In this document: piece by piece, positions 41,831 through 51,197 of the stretch | How the letters are laid out: the number at the start of each line of letters is the position of its first letter | How positions within the stretch are numbered: the stretch's first letter is position 1 | From: PVC group bacterium | GTDB taxonomy: Bacteria > Auribacterota > Erginobacteria > Erginobacterales > PUNC01 | DNA: 64,000 bases | NCBI GenBank assembly: GCA_003551625.1 | Contig: PUNC01000043.1 | Span: 11,027-75,026, forward strand | Direction of reading: 5' to 3' | The notes under the pieces: generated by a model | Databases searched by the model: none | The model's input: only the letters and a program-made list of their open reading frames with translations | Told to the model about the DNA's origin: nothing | Program-made: the position numbers and the translations under genes

Positions 41831-42357
41831 AACCGCCGACCCGCCAGCGCGGATCGGCCCGGGAGGCGGCCGGCTTCGCCCTCATCGTTTTTCTGGCGGC
41901 GGCCTGCGCGCCCTATCGACTGGGGACCACTCTCCCCGCTTACCTGAGGTCGGTTCACGTGCCCACCTTCACCAATTCCACCCCCGAACCGGGGATCGAA
42001 GTCGAAGTCACCAACGAGGTGGTCAGCCGTTTTCGGATCGACGGCAACCTCGCGGCGGTGTCGCGGGAGGCCGCCGATACTCTTCTCGAAGGCGAGATCA
42101 CGGGTTGGGACCGGGAGGTGCTCATCTACGCCGGCGAAGAGCGGGACGAGGTCGAGGAATATCGCCTGGTGGTGACCGCGGCGATCACCTTTCGCGACCT
42201 TAACCGGGACCGGGAACTCTTCACCCGCCGCCTGGTCCGGGGTCAGGCCAACTTCGTGATCGACGTGAATATGGCGGAGGCGGAGCGGGCCGCGCGGCCG
42301 GAAGCCTTCCGGGACCTGGCCCGGAGGATAGTCGATGAAGTCACCTCCTACTGGTGA
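41827..42357 (+). CDS. LptE-like lipoprotein (assigned mainly by synteny immediately upstream of holA)
   Basis: Signal peptide with Cys. 176 aa. The lptE-holA adjacency is conserved in diderm bacteria. Confidence 0.4.
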   Translation: MKPPTRQRGSAREAAGFALIVFLAAACAPYRLGTTLPAYLRSVHVPTFTNSTPEPGIEVEVTNEVVSRFRIDGNLAAVSREAADTLLEGEITGWDREVLIYAGEERDEVEEYRLVVTAAITFRDLNRDRELFTRRLVRGQANFVIDVNMAEAERAARPEAFRDLARRIVDEVTSYW

Positions 42358-42360
42358 GCG

Positions 42361-43329
42361 ATGGAGATCAAGCCCCTGTATTTTCTGGCGGTCCAGGATG
42401 ATTACCGGGCCGAGCGTTTTATCGCCGGCCTGGCCCGCGAGATCTTCCCTCCCGGCCGGGCGGATATAAACCGGGAGCGGATTTTCGCCGCCGCCGCGCC
42501 GGTCGCCGAGATCATCGCCTCACTCCGGACCCCTTCCCTTTTCGGCCTTGGATCCGCCGGCCCCGGCAAGCTGGTGATTGTCGAAGAGGCCGAGAAGATC
42601 GCCCCGCCGGAATGGAAGGCCCTGGCCCCCGCGCTTTCCGCCCCCCTGAAAGAACTCTGCCTGGTCTTCGTCTTCCGTCCCGAGCGCATCTCCGGCTGGA
42701 AACCCCCGCTGCAAACCGGCGCGGCGGTCAAAATTATCCGCCTGCTCAAAGAGGAACAACTGAAGGAATGGATCGTCGACGAAGCGCGAAGTTTGGGTTT
42801 GACCCTTCGCCGGAAGGCCGCCGATGAACTGGTCTCGATCGCCGGAACCGACCTGGGACGGATCCGCGGCGAGCTGGAGAAACTCTCGCTTTATCTGGGG
42901 CGGGGGGAGGAGGCGGGGCCGGAGGAGATACGAAAGCTGGCGGGCGGAGGCGGGGAAGGGGACATCTTCGCGCTGCTCAACAAGATCTTCGCCGGCGACG
43001 CCGCCGCGGCGCTGCCGATGCTGCGGGCCCGGCTGCGGGCGGGCGAGGCGCCGTTGAGGCTGCTCCATCACATCAACCGGAAAACGGTCGAGATCTGGCT
43101 GGGCCGGGAGGCCTGGGAGAGAGAACGTTCCGACTCGGCCGCCTGCCGGGCGGCGGGGGTGAGATATTACCGCGGTGAGTTTTTGCGGCTGGTAAGAAAT
43201 ATCCCTTCCCGCCGCTTCCCCTTCATCATCCACCGGATCCGGGAAGCCGACCTGGCCCTGAAGGGGGGGGAGAAGAACGCGGAGCTGGCCCTGCAGCGGC
43301 TGGTCTGCGAGCTTTCGGCTCCGGGTTAG
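42361..43329 (+). CDS. holA: DNA polymerase III delta subunit
   Basis: 322 aa delta clamp-loader subunit architecture. Confidence 0.75.
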   Translation: MEIKPLYFLAVQDDYRAERFIAGLAREIFPPGRADINRERIFAAAAPVAEIIASLRTPSLFGLGSAGPGKLVIVEEAEKIAPPEWKALAPALSAPLKELCLVFVFRPERISGWKPPLQTGAAVKIIRLLKEEQLKEWIVDEARSLGLTLRRKAADELVSIAGTDLGRIRGELEKLSLYLGRGEEAGPEEIRKLAGGGGEGDIFALLNKIFAGDAAAALPMLRARLRAGEAPLRLLHHINRKTVEIWLGREAWERERSDSAACRAAGVRYYRGEFLRLVRNIPSRRFPFIIHRIREADLALKGGEKNAELALQRLVCELSAPG

Positions 43330-43335
43330 CCGGGG

Positions 43336-43641
43336 CTATTCATCGGCCGGTCGGGGGGGTGATTCGGCCCCGGCCGCTGTTTCCAGGCGGTTGATTTTCC
43401 GGGCGAGGCGGGATTTGCGGCGCGCGACGGAATTTTTCTTGACCGTCCCCCGTCCGGCGGCGGAGTCGAGCAGGGAGAATACCCTGCGGAGGCTCTCCCG
43501 GGCGGCTTCCCGGTCCCCGCTTTCGATCGTCCGGAGAAGACGACGGGTCTCGGTCCGGATCTCGGCCCGCTGCGCCCGGTTCCGCCGGCGGCGCTTTACG
43601 TTCTGGCGAAGTCTTTTTTCGGCAGATTTAAGTTGCGGCAT
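43336..43641 (-). CDS. rpsT: 30S ribosomal protein S20
   Basis: Internal start MPQLKSAEKRLRQNVKRRRRNRAQR... typical S20 N-terminus. The upstream extension in the ORF track lacks similarity. Confidence 0.85.
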   Translation of the reverse strand: MPQLKSAEKRLRQNVKRRRRNRAQRAEIRTETRRLLRTIESGDREAARESLRRVFSLLDSAAGRGTVKKNSVARRKSRLARKINRLETAAGAESPPRPADE

Positions 43642-43723
43642 AACTGTCTCCTTGGGTTTAGAACCGGGCATATCATAGGAACGCCCGCCCCCCCGGTCAA
43701 GGCAAAAACGGGAAGATCGGTTT

Positions 43724-45343
43724 ATGGACGAGCGGACAAACCTATTCGGCAACCGGGAGGCCGACAACCGGGGCATCGCCCGCTCGGCCGGGATGATCGG
43801 GGGGATGACCCTGCTCAGCCGGTTTACCGGACTGGCGCGGGACATCGCTACCGCGGGCTTCTTCGGCACCGGGCTGGCGATGTCGGCTTTCGTGGTCGCC
43901 TATACCATTCCCAACCTTTTTCGCAAGCTTCTCGGCGAGGGAGCGCTGACCGCCGCCTTCGTTCCGGTCTTCACCGGCTGGCTGAAAAACCGGGGGCGGG
44001 AGGAGAGCTGGCGCCTGGCCGGGATCGCGATCACCCTGCTGGGGCTGCTCCTGGGCGCCCTGGTCGCGCTGGGCTGGCTGGTGATCGGCGCCTGGTCGGC
44101 TCTCTTTCCGCTGGACGAGAAATTCGAGCTGGTAGCCCGACTGTTGCCGGTGATGCTTCCGCTGCTCTTCTTTGTCTGCCTGGCGGCCCTGGCGATGGGG
44201 ATCCTGCACAGCTTCCGGCGGTTCGCGGTTCCGGCGTTCGCCCCGATCGCGATGAACCTGGTCTGGATCGGGGCGCTGTTTTTTCTCTCGCCGCTTTTCG
44301 GCCCCGATCCCCGGGACCGGATCTTCGGGCTGGCCTGGGGAGTGCTGATCGGGGGGATGGTGCAGCTGGCCATTCACCTGCCCCCCCTGCTGCGGGAGGG
44401 TTTTCGCCCGTTCTTCAAGGTGGATTTCCGCCATCCCGCGATCCGCCGGATCGCCGCTCTTACCGCCCCCGGGATACTGGGCCTGGCGATCGTGCAGCTC
44501 AACGTCGTGGTGGACAAGTTCCTGGCCCTGCTGATCAGCGCCCAGGCGCCCGCGTCGCTCTTTTTCGCCAACCGGCTGGTTCAGTTTCCGCTCGGCCTCT
44601 TCGGTATCGCCCTGGCCACGGCCTCCCTTCCCGTTCTTTCCGCTCAGGCCGCGGAGAAGAAAATGGAAGATTTCAAGGGCACGCTCTCCTACGTTCTCCG
44701 GGCGGCTTTTATGATCACCCTGCCCGCGGCCGCCGGCCTGATTATCCTGCGCCGCCCGATCGTCCGGCTGCTCTTTCAAAGGGGGGAATTCGGCGCCGCC
44801 TCCACCGAGGCGACCGCCTGGGTCGTGATCTTCTACTCGCTGGGGCTGATCGCTTTCGCCGGCGCCAAGATCGTGGCCCAGGCCTTCTATTCGCTCGAGG
44901 ATACCCGGACCCCGGTCAAGGTCGGGGTGGGGGCGATGCTCTTGAACCTGACCCTGAATCTGTTGGTGGTCTTCAACCCCTGGCTGCGGGAAAACCTCGC
45001 CGAGGGCGGTCTCGCCCTCTCCACCAGCCTGGCCGCTTTCTTTAACTTCCTGGCACTGGCCTTCATCCTGCGGGGCCGCCTGGGAAGGCTGCGGGGGAGG
45101 GAGGTGCTGGCGGGGCTGGCTCGGGCCGCGGTTCTGTCGGCGGCGATGGCGGCGGCGGCGGGATGGACTCTGGGCCGGGTCGGCCGCTTTGGGCTCCCGG
45201 CCGGCTTTCTCTTCAACCTGGCGGCGGTCGCCGCGCCGATCGCGGCGGGCGCGGCGGTCTTTATCCTGGGCGGGCTGGCCGGGCGGGTACGGGAGTTCAG
45301 GGAACTCCGCGCCGCCTTCGGCCGCGCGGAGCCTTCCCGCTGA
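43724..45343 (+). CDS. murJ: Lipid II flippase MurJ (MviN)
   Basis: 14-TM MOP-superfamily profile with the MviN N-terminal motif (SRFTGLARDIATAGFFG). Confidence 0.9.
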   Translation: MDERTNLFGNREADNRGIARSAGMIGGMTLLSRFTGLARDIATAGFFGTGLAMSAFVVAYTIPNLFRKLLGEGALTAAFVPVFTGWLKNRGREESWRLAGIAITLLGLLLGALVALGWLVIGAWSALFPLDEKFELVARLLPVMLPLLFFVCLAALAMGILHSFRRFAVPAFAPIAMNLVWIGALFFLSPLFGPDPRDRIFGLAWGVLIGGMVQLAIHLPPLLREGFRPFFKVDFRHPAIRRIAALTAPGILGLAIVQLNVVVDKFLALLISAQAPASLFFANRLVQFPLGLFGIALATASLPVLSAQAAEKKMEDFKGTLSYVLRAAFMITLPAAAGLIILRRPIVRLLFQRGEFGAASTEATAWVVIFYSLGLIAFAGAKIVAQAFYSLEDTRTPVKVGVGAMLLNLTLNLLVVFNPWLRENLAEGGLALSTSLAAFFNFLALAFILRGRLGRLRGREVLAGLARAAVLSAAMAAAAGWTLGRVGRFGLPAGFLFNLAAVAAPIAAGAAVFILGGLAGRVREFRELRAAFGRAEPSR

Positions 45344-45446
45344 GCGAAGAAAGACCGGACGCTTCGGGCCCGGTATCCCGCGGGCCGTCTCCCCTTGCCG
45401 CCGGAAACCCCGCCGATCGGGACAGCAAATGTTCCGCCGGATAAGG

Positions 45447-45475
45447 TTGACAGAAGGCGGCGGCCGATTAATAAT
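45447..45475 (+). promoter_or_regulatory. Candidate sigma70 promoter TTGACA-N17-AATAAT upstream of the kinase gene
   Basis: Motif read in the sequence. Confidence 0.4.
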
Positions 45476-45510
45476 CTACCCTCGTAATTTTAATCAGTGG
45501 AAAGGAGTGA

Positions 45511-46560
45511 ATGACGGTGAACAAGAAAAATTACGTGCAGTATGAGAAGAACATCCCGATGCAGGTGATCGCCGACACCCGGGACTGGTGTATCGAGCAG
45601 GGGGTCGATACCGTGGCGGGTCTCAACCGGCGGATCGCCGACGGAACCTTCCCCGAACTGGTCCAGGCCTCCGACGCCCGCTACGAGGATTTCATCGGCC
45701 GGGCCGCGTCGGCCATCATCAACCACGAAAAGCCCGTTCGCCTGGTCATAATCGCCGGCCCCTCAAGCTCCGGCAAGACCACCACCACCACCAAGATCTC
45801 GGAACGGCTCCAGGAGAAGGATCTGAGCCTGGTTCCGATGAACCTCGACAACTACTTCTTCGACCTGGAGATGCATCCCAAGGACGAGTACGGGGACTAT
45901 GACTTCGAAACCCCCCACGCGCTTGACCTGCCGCTGATCAACCGTCACCTGGCCGACCTGCTCGAAGGGAAAACCATCGCGATGCCGATCTACAACTTCA
46001 AGACCGGCGTTCGCGAGAAGGAGACGGTTCCCCTCAAGATCGAGAAAAATCAGATCATACTGATCGACAGCCTCCACGGCCTCTTCGAGCCGATGACCGA
46101 AAGCGTCCCCCACGCCCTGAAGTTCCGGGTCTATATCGAGACTCTCAGCCAGTTGAAGGACAGCGACGGGGAGTGGACCCGCTGGACCGACATCCGCCTG
46201 CTCCGGCGGATGATCCGCGACAGCTGGCACCGCAGCTACTCGCCGGTGCGCACGATCGGGCACTGGCATTACGTCCGGAAAAGCGAGATGAAGCATATCG
46301 TGCCGTTTATCACCGAGACCGACTTCGTCATCAACGGCGCGCTCGCCTATGAACTTCCCATCCACAAAAAGTATCTCTTCGACCACCTGAAGGCGGCCCG
46401 GGAGGAATTCGCCCCCGATCCCGGCAAGCGGGACGCGTACCTGCGCGCGGATCGGGTCTACAAACTGCTCGATACCATCACCACCGTCGAGGACGACTCC
46501 TGCGTGCCGCCGACCTCCCTGCTCCGGGAGTTCATCGGGGGCAGTTCTTACAAATACTGA
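45511..46560 (+). CDS. Uridine kinase / phosphoribulokinase-family P-loop kinase with N-terminal extension
   Basis: Walker A IIAGPSSSGKTTTT. PRK/Udk signature NLDNYFFD. Udk-like substrate region (PIYNFKTGVRE). Confidence 0.6.
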   Translation: MTVNKKNYVQYEKNIPMQVIADTRDWCIEQGVDTVAGLNRRIADGTFPELVQASDARYEDFIGRAASAIINHEKPVRLVIIAGPSSSGKTTTTTKISERLQEKDLSLVPMNLDNYFFDLEMHPKDEYGDYDFETPHALDLPLINRHLADLLEGKTIAMPIYNFKTGVREKETVPLKIEKNQIILIDSLHGLFEPMTESVPHALKFRVYIETLSQLKDSDGEWTRWTDIRLLRRMIRDSWHRSYSPVRTIGHWHYVRKSEMKHIVPFITETDFVINGALAYELPIHKKYLFDHLKAAREEFAPDPGKRDAYLRADRVYKLLDTITTVEDDSCVPPTSLLREFIGGSSYKY

Positions 46561-46573
46561 TCACTCCTGGGAT

Positions 46574-46680
46574 GCCAGGCGAAAGCCTGGTCGATGCCCC
46601 CCTCCACCTGGATTGCCAAGCGAAAGCTTGGCCGACTCTATCTCTCTATTCTTATATGGAGTGCCGAGCGAAAGCTCGGC
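46574..46680 (+). repeat. Three tandem GAAA-tetraloop stem-loops (46574-46591, 46615-46632, 46663-46680) with compensatory stem substitutions
   Basis: gccaggc-gaaa-gcctggt, gccaagc-gaaa-gcttggc and gccgagc-gaaa-gctcggc. Each is preceded by gga(t/g)(t)g. The G.U wobble in copy 1 is only valid on the + strand RNA. Confidence 0.75.
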
Positions 46681-46759
46681 CCGGCCCCGCGCCCCCGCCG
46701 CCGGATCTACTGCTCCGCGAATCCAAAAAATTTTTCCGAAAGGGAAATTTTTTTTTGGC

Positions 46760-46781
46760 ATACCATATATATTTATGGTAT
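46760..46781. promoter_or_regulatory. Candidate LexA operator: perfect palindrome ATACCATA-N6-TATGGTAT overlapping the lexA promoter -10 region
   Basis: Perfect 8-bp inverted repeat 30 bp upstream of the lexA ATG, in an AT-rich tract, with SD GGGAGG at 46798. Confidence 0.45.
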
Positions 46782-46810
46782 CTTCTTCCTGGAAGCGTCG
46801 GGAGGAAGGA

Positions 46811-47446
46811 ATGAAGGAACTGACCGAAAAACAGCGGAGAATCTTCGAGTTTGTCCTGGCCGAGGTCCGGGAGAAGGGGATTCCTCCCACGCTGGACGAG
46901 ATCCGTCGCCGTTTCCGCCTCCGGGCGATCGGCACCGTCCAGGATCATCTTCGGGCGCTGGTCGCGAAAGGATGGCTTCTCCGGGGAAGGGGGGCCAGGT
47001 CCCTACGGGTGTCGGCCGACGCCTTCCGCCGGCCGGAATACGCCGCCCCGCCGCCGGAACGTATCGCCCCGGTCCCGGTCCTGGGCGACGTTGCCGCCGG
47101 CCGGCCGCTGCTGGCGGTGGAGAACGTGGAGGAGACGTGGCTGATCGACCGGGCGCTGGTCAAGGGCGGCGACAACTTCTTCCTCAAGGTCAGGGGCGAC
47201 AGTATGATCGGCGCCCAGATCCGCGACGGCGATTACGTCCTGGTCCGTCCCCAGCCCGCCGCGGACCCCGGCGAAATCGTGGTGGTCAGAATCGGGGATG
47301 AAGTGACCGTCAAGCGGTTGGGCCGGCGGCGGGGCGGCATCGAGCTTGTCTCGGCCAATCCCTCCTGTCCCCCGATTCCGGTCTCTCGCGGTTCGGACGA
47401 ATTCGAGCTGATCGGAAAGGTGGTCGGGGTCTTAAGAAGGTTTTGA
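46811..47446 (+). CDS. lexA: LexA repressor
   Basis: N-terminal winged HTH (LTEKQRRIFEFV...IPPTLDEI). Ala-Gly cleavage site (VAAGRP). S24 peptidase Ser/Lys (GDSMIGAQIRDGDYVLV...VKRL). Confidence 0.9.
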   Translation: MKELTEKQRRIFEFVLAEVREKGIPPTLDEIRRRFRLRAIGTVQDHLRALVAKGWLLRGRGARSLRVSADAFRRPEYAAPPPERIAPVPVLGDVAAGRPLLAVENVEETWLIDRALVKGGDNFFLKVRGDSMIGAQIRDGDYVLVRPQPAADPGEIVVVRIGDEVTVKRLGRRRGGIELVSANPSCPPIPVSRGSDEFELIGKVVGVLRRF

Positions 47447-47480
47447 GAAGATTTTCCGGCAACCGGGATTATCGAAGACA

Positions 47481-48179
47481 ATGACTCCGCCCGACCGCCC
47501 CGCGCCGTTTTCGCCCGTTCGCCGCCGCTGGGTGGCCTACCTGGATGCCGGGTCCGCTTCCGCCCGGCACCGCCGCCGGATTTTCTCCGTCGTCGAGGAA
47601 TACACCCCGGAGGTCGAATGGCTGGGAGGAGGAAGATTCTATCTCGATTTTTCATCCACCGTCCGCCTTTCCGGCCATCCCCTCGATTCGCTCGTCCGCC
47701 TGGGGCGCCGTCTCCTCCGGGGGGGATTTGCCTGCTCCGCCGGCCTTTCGCTCAACAAGTTTCTCTCCCGCTCGGCCGCGGTCCGGGCGGGGGAGGGCGG
47801 GGCCTTCTGGATTCCCGCCGGGCGCGAGGGGGACTTTTTGGAGGAGATGCCGATGGGATTGTGGCCGGGCCTGCGGGAGGAGGAGGTTCGATTCTGGCGG
47901 AGCCTGGGGGTCGAGCGGGCGGCCGACCTGGCCCGGGTCGATCTTTTTTGGGTCCGCCGCGCCGCCGGGGTCCGGGGCGTGGTGATGAGCGGGCGGGCCC
48001 GCGGTTTCGACCCCCGACCGGTGATCCGCCGCCCGCCCGGGGAGGCGGGCATCCGCGAACCCTTCGGCCTCTTCCCCCCGGCTTTCAAGGATGAGAAGCT
48101 CCAAAGACTGGCGCGGCTGGCGGGTTCTCTTCGAGAGCGTTACGGCCGCCGGGTCTTTCCGTTCCCGGCCGCTCTATGA
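47481..48179 (+). CDS. imuB: Short ImuB-like Y-family polymerase N-terminal domain protein (232 aa)
   Basis: RWVAYLDAGSAS and EEYTPEVEWLGGGRFYLDFSST resemble Y-family palm motifs. Sits between lexA and dnaE2 with an ATGA overlap. Confidence 0.5.
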   Translation: MTPPDRPAPFSPVRRRWVAYLDAGSASARHRRRIFSVVEEYTPEVEWLGGGRFYLDFSSTVRLSGHPLDSLVRLGRRLLRGGFACSAGLSLNKFLSRSAAVRAGEGGAFWIPAGREGDFLEEMPMGLWPGLREEEVRFWRSLGVERAADLARVDLFWVRRAAGVRGVVMSGRARGFDPRPVIRRPPGEAGIREPFGLFPPAFKDEKLQRLARLAGSLRERYGRRVFPFPAAL

Positions 48180-51127
48180 GCTTCGTCCACCTTCACTGCC
48201 ACAGCTATTATTCCCTGCTCGCGGCGTCGCCGTCGCCGGAGCGGCTGGCCCGCCGGGCCGCCGCGCTGGGGATGAAGGCGCTCGCCCTGACCGATACCGA
48301 CGCCGTTTACGGTTCGGTGGAGTTTTACCGCGCCTGTCTGGACGCCGGCGTCAAGCCCATCCTGGGCGCGGAGATAACCGAGGGCTCCCGCCGGGCCGTC
48401 TTTCTCGCCCGCGACCGGGCGGGCTGGAGCCGGATCTGCCGCCTGGTCAGCCGCCGCCGGCTGGACGATGGATTCTCCCTTTCCCGGGAGCTGAATGAGA
48501 TCGGCGAACACGTGGTCGCCTTCACCGCTTTTCCCGGCCTTCTCCCCGGCGACTCCGCCCCGCCTTCCAACCTTTATCTCGAGATCACCCCGGCGCTGAC
48601 CTCGTCCCGGAGAGATGAGATCCTGGCCGCGGCCGCCCGGCGGCGAATCCCCCTTCTGGCCGCCGCCGACGTCCGCTTCCTCGACCCGGCGGAACGGGGA
48701 TTCCTCCGCCTGCTCCGGGACGGCAACGATTTTTCGCCGTTCGCGCGCCTGCTCTCCGCCGCGGAGATGGAGGCGGCGTTGGGAGAGTGGCCCGCGGCCC
48801 TGACCGCGCCCGCGCGGGTGGCGGAGGAGTGCGAGCCGTCGCTCGAGCTCGGCGTCAATCGGCTCCCCCGGGTTCCGCTCTCACCGGGGGAGACGCCGGA
48901 AGACCGCCTGCGGGCGCGGTGCCGCCGGGGTCTCGGTCGCCGCTTCCCCTCCGCCCCCCGCCCGGTTCTCTCCCGGCTTTCCCGGGAGTTGAAGACGATC
49001 TTCTCCCTTGGTCTGGCCGATTACTTCCTCCTGGTGGACGAGATCGTCGCTTTCGCCCGGAGCCGCTCGATTCCCCTCCTGGGCCGGGGCTCGGCGGCCA
49101 ACAGCCTGGTCTGCTATCTCCTGGGAATGACCGACGTCGACCCTCTCAAACACCGCCTGTATTTCGAGCGGTTCCTCAATCCCGCCCGCGCCGATCTTCC
49201 GGACATCGACCTCGACTTCCCCACCGACCGCCGCGACGAGGTGATCGACTTCGTCTATCGCCGCTTCGGTTCCGGCCGGGTGGCGATGCTCTCGACGATG
49301 ACCCGCTTCCGCGCCCGCTCGGCCCTGCGGCACCTGACCCGGCGGCGGGGCTGGAAGGAAGAGGCGATCGGCGAGCTGACCCGGCAACTGCCCTACTTCG
49401 CTTCCCTGCGCGACCCCTCCCGGATCGAACGGGAGGTCCCCGAGTGCCGCCACCTCCCCTGGCGCGACGGCGCTTTCCGGAATCTGTTGCGGGCCGCGGC
49501 CCGCCTGGAGGGATTCCCCGGCCATCTCTCCGTCCATCCCGGCGGGATGGTGATCGCCCCGGCTCCCCTGACCGATTATCTCGCCCTGGAGCGGGCGCCC
49601 AAGGGGATCGTGGTCACCCAGCCCGATATGTACTCGGCCAAGGAACTGGGACTGCTCAAGATCGACATTCTGGGCCAGCGGGCGCTGGCGGTGGCGGCCG
49701 AATCGGCCGCCGAGCTCGCCCGGCGGGGAATAAGGATCGACTGGGACCGGATCGACGTTTTCGGCGACCGCGCCGCCGGCGACCTGATCGCTTCCGGCCG
49801 GACCCTGGGTTGTTTCTACATCGAGTCGCCGGTGATGCGGAGGCTGCTGCGCCGTCTGCGCTGTCGCGATTTTTCCACCCTGGTGGCGGCCAGCTCCGTC
49901 ATCCGCCCCGGCGTCTCCAACGGCGGGCTGACCGAGAGATACATCGCCCGCGTCCTGGGCCGGGAAGAGACCGGCTCCTTCCATCCCCGGGTGGACCGGG
50001 TGCTCGAAGAGACCCGCGGCGTGATGATCTACCAGGAGCAGGTGATGCGGGTCTTGAACGCCGCCGCCGGCTTCAGCCTGGCCGAGGCCGACCATTTCCG
50101 CCGCTGTATGACCAAAAAACCGGGCTGGGAGGGGCTGGAGAGATACCGTTCCCGCTTTTTTGCCGGCGCCGCCGCCCGCGGACTCGGCCCGTCCCCGGCC
50201 CGGGAGCTCTGGCGGCAGCTCGAGGGTTTCGCCGGCTACGCCTTCTGCAAGGCGCACAGCGCTTCCTACGCGGTGCTCTCGTTCCGGATGGCCTATCTCA
50301 AGGCCCACCATCCCGCCGTCTTCCTGGCCGCGCAGATATCCAACGGGGGCGGCTTCTACCCCGGCGGGGAATACGTCCGGGAAGCCGCGAGAATGGGGAT
50401 CGGGGTTCTCGCCCCCGACGTCAACCGGAGCGGCCGGCGCTACCTGGAGGAGGAGGGGGGGATCCGGATCGGCTTGATGGGGATAAAGGGGCTGCGGCGG
50501 GAGACGGCGGACCGGATACTGGACCGGCGGGAGCTTCGTCCGTTCGACTGCTGGGAGGATTTTCTCGCCCGGGTTTCCCCCCGCCGCGACGAACTCTCCG
50601 CCCTTCTCGAGTCCGGCGCGCTGGACTCGCTCGGCGAGAGCCGTCCGGCCTTGCGGTGGAAGCTGGCCGCCGGTCTCGGCGCGGGGGAGGTTCCGCTCTA
50701 TCCCGGTTACGGTTCCCGGGAAATAATTCCGCCCTTTCGCCCGCCCGCGCCCCCGCCCCCGACCGAGGCGCCCGCCGCCGACGGAACTCTCCCGGTCCCT
50801 TCCCGGCGGCACGCCTCCTTCGCCGGAAAGACGATCCTCTGCCGCGGCCGCCTGGTCACCGCCCGCCTGGTTCGCTCGCGCGGGAACGGGAAGTTGATGA
50901 AGTTTATCACTCTCGACGACGGAGACGGTCTCTTCGAAGCGGTGCTCTTTCCCCGGGCCTACCGCCGCTTCGGCCACCTTCTGCGCGGCCCGGGTCCGTT
51001 CCGGTTGCGCGGCCGGGTGAAGGTGGAAGACGGCGTTCCGATCCTGGACTGCCGTTTTCTGTCCCTCGATGTCATTAAACCCGCCAGTCCGGCCTTGAGC
51101 GGGCCGTCATCTTCGATTACGATATAG
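48176..51127 (+). CDS. dnaE2: Error-prone DNA polymerase III alpha homologue DnaE2 (ImuC)
   Basis: PHP domain start MSFVHLHCHSYYSLL, Pol III alpha core. 983 aa. Operonic with lexA and imuB-like. Confidence 0.75.
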   Translation: MSFVHLHCHSYYSLLAASPSPERLARRAAALGMKALALTDTDAVYGSVEFYRACLDAGVKPILGAEITEGSRRAVFLARDRAGWSRICRLVSRRRLDDGFSLSRELNEIGEHVVAFTAFPGLLPGDSAPPSNLYLEITPALTSSRRDEILAAAARRRIPLLAAADVRFLDPAERGFLRLLRDGNDFSPFARLLSAAEMEAALGEWPAALTAPARVAEECEPSLELGVNRLPRVPLSPGETPEDRLRARCRRGLGRRFPSAPRPVLSRLSRELKTIFSLGLADYFLLVDEIVAFARSRSIPLLGRGSAANSLVCYLLGMTDVDPLKHRLYFERFLNPARADLPDIDLDFPTDRRDEVIDFVYRRFGSGRVAMLSTMTRFRARSALRHLTRRRGWKEEAIGELTRQLPYFASLRDPSRIEREVPECRHLPWRDGAFRNLLRAAARLEGFPGHLSVHPGGMVIAPAPLTDYLALERAPKGIVVTQPDMYSAKELGLLKIDILGQRALAVAAESAAELARRGIRIDWDRIDVFGDRAAGDLIASGRTLGCFYIESPVMRRLLRRLRCRDFSTLVAASSVIRPGVSNGGLTERYIARVLGREETGSFHPRVDRVLEETRGVMIYQEQVMRVLNAAAGFSLAEADHFRRCMTKKPGWEGLERYRSRFFAGAAARGLGPSPARELWRQLEGFAGYAFCKAHSASYAVLSFRMAYLKAHHPAVFLAAQISNGGGFYPGGEYVREAARMGIGVLAPDVNRSGRRYLEEEGGIRIGLMGIKGLRRETADRILDRRELRPFDCWEDFLARVSPRRDELSALLESGALDSLGESRPALRWKLAAGLGAGEVPLYPGYGSREIIPPFRPPAPPPPTEAPAADGTLPVPSRRHASFAGKTILCRGRLVTARLVRSRGNGKLMKFITLDDGDGLFEAVLFPRAYRRFGHLLRGPGPFRLRGRVKVEDGVPILDCRFLSLDVIKPASPALSGPSSSITI

Positions 51128-51197
51128 TGCCGTGAAAGGTCGCCCGCCGGGGCGGTTTGTCGTCGCCTTAAAAAATCCGCTCTCTCTCAACTTTATA

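Noticed and set aside
46720-46790. AT-rich tract considered as a replication-origin unwinding element
   Set aside because: There are no DnaA boxes and no dnaA/dnaN nearby. The tract sits exactly at the lexA promoter/operator position.
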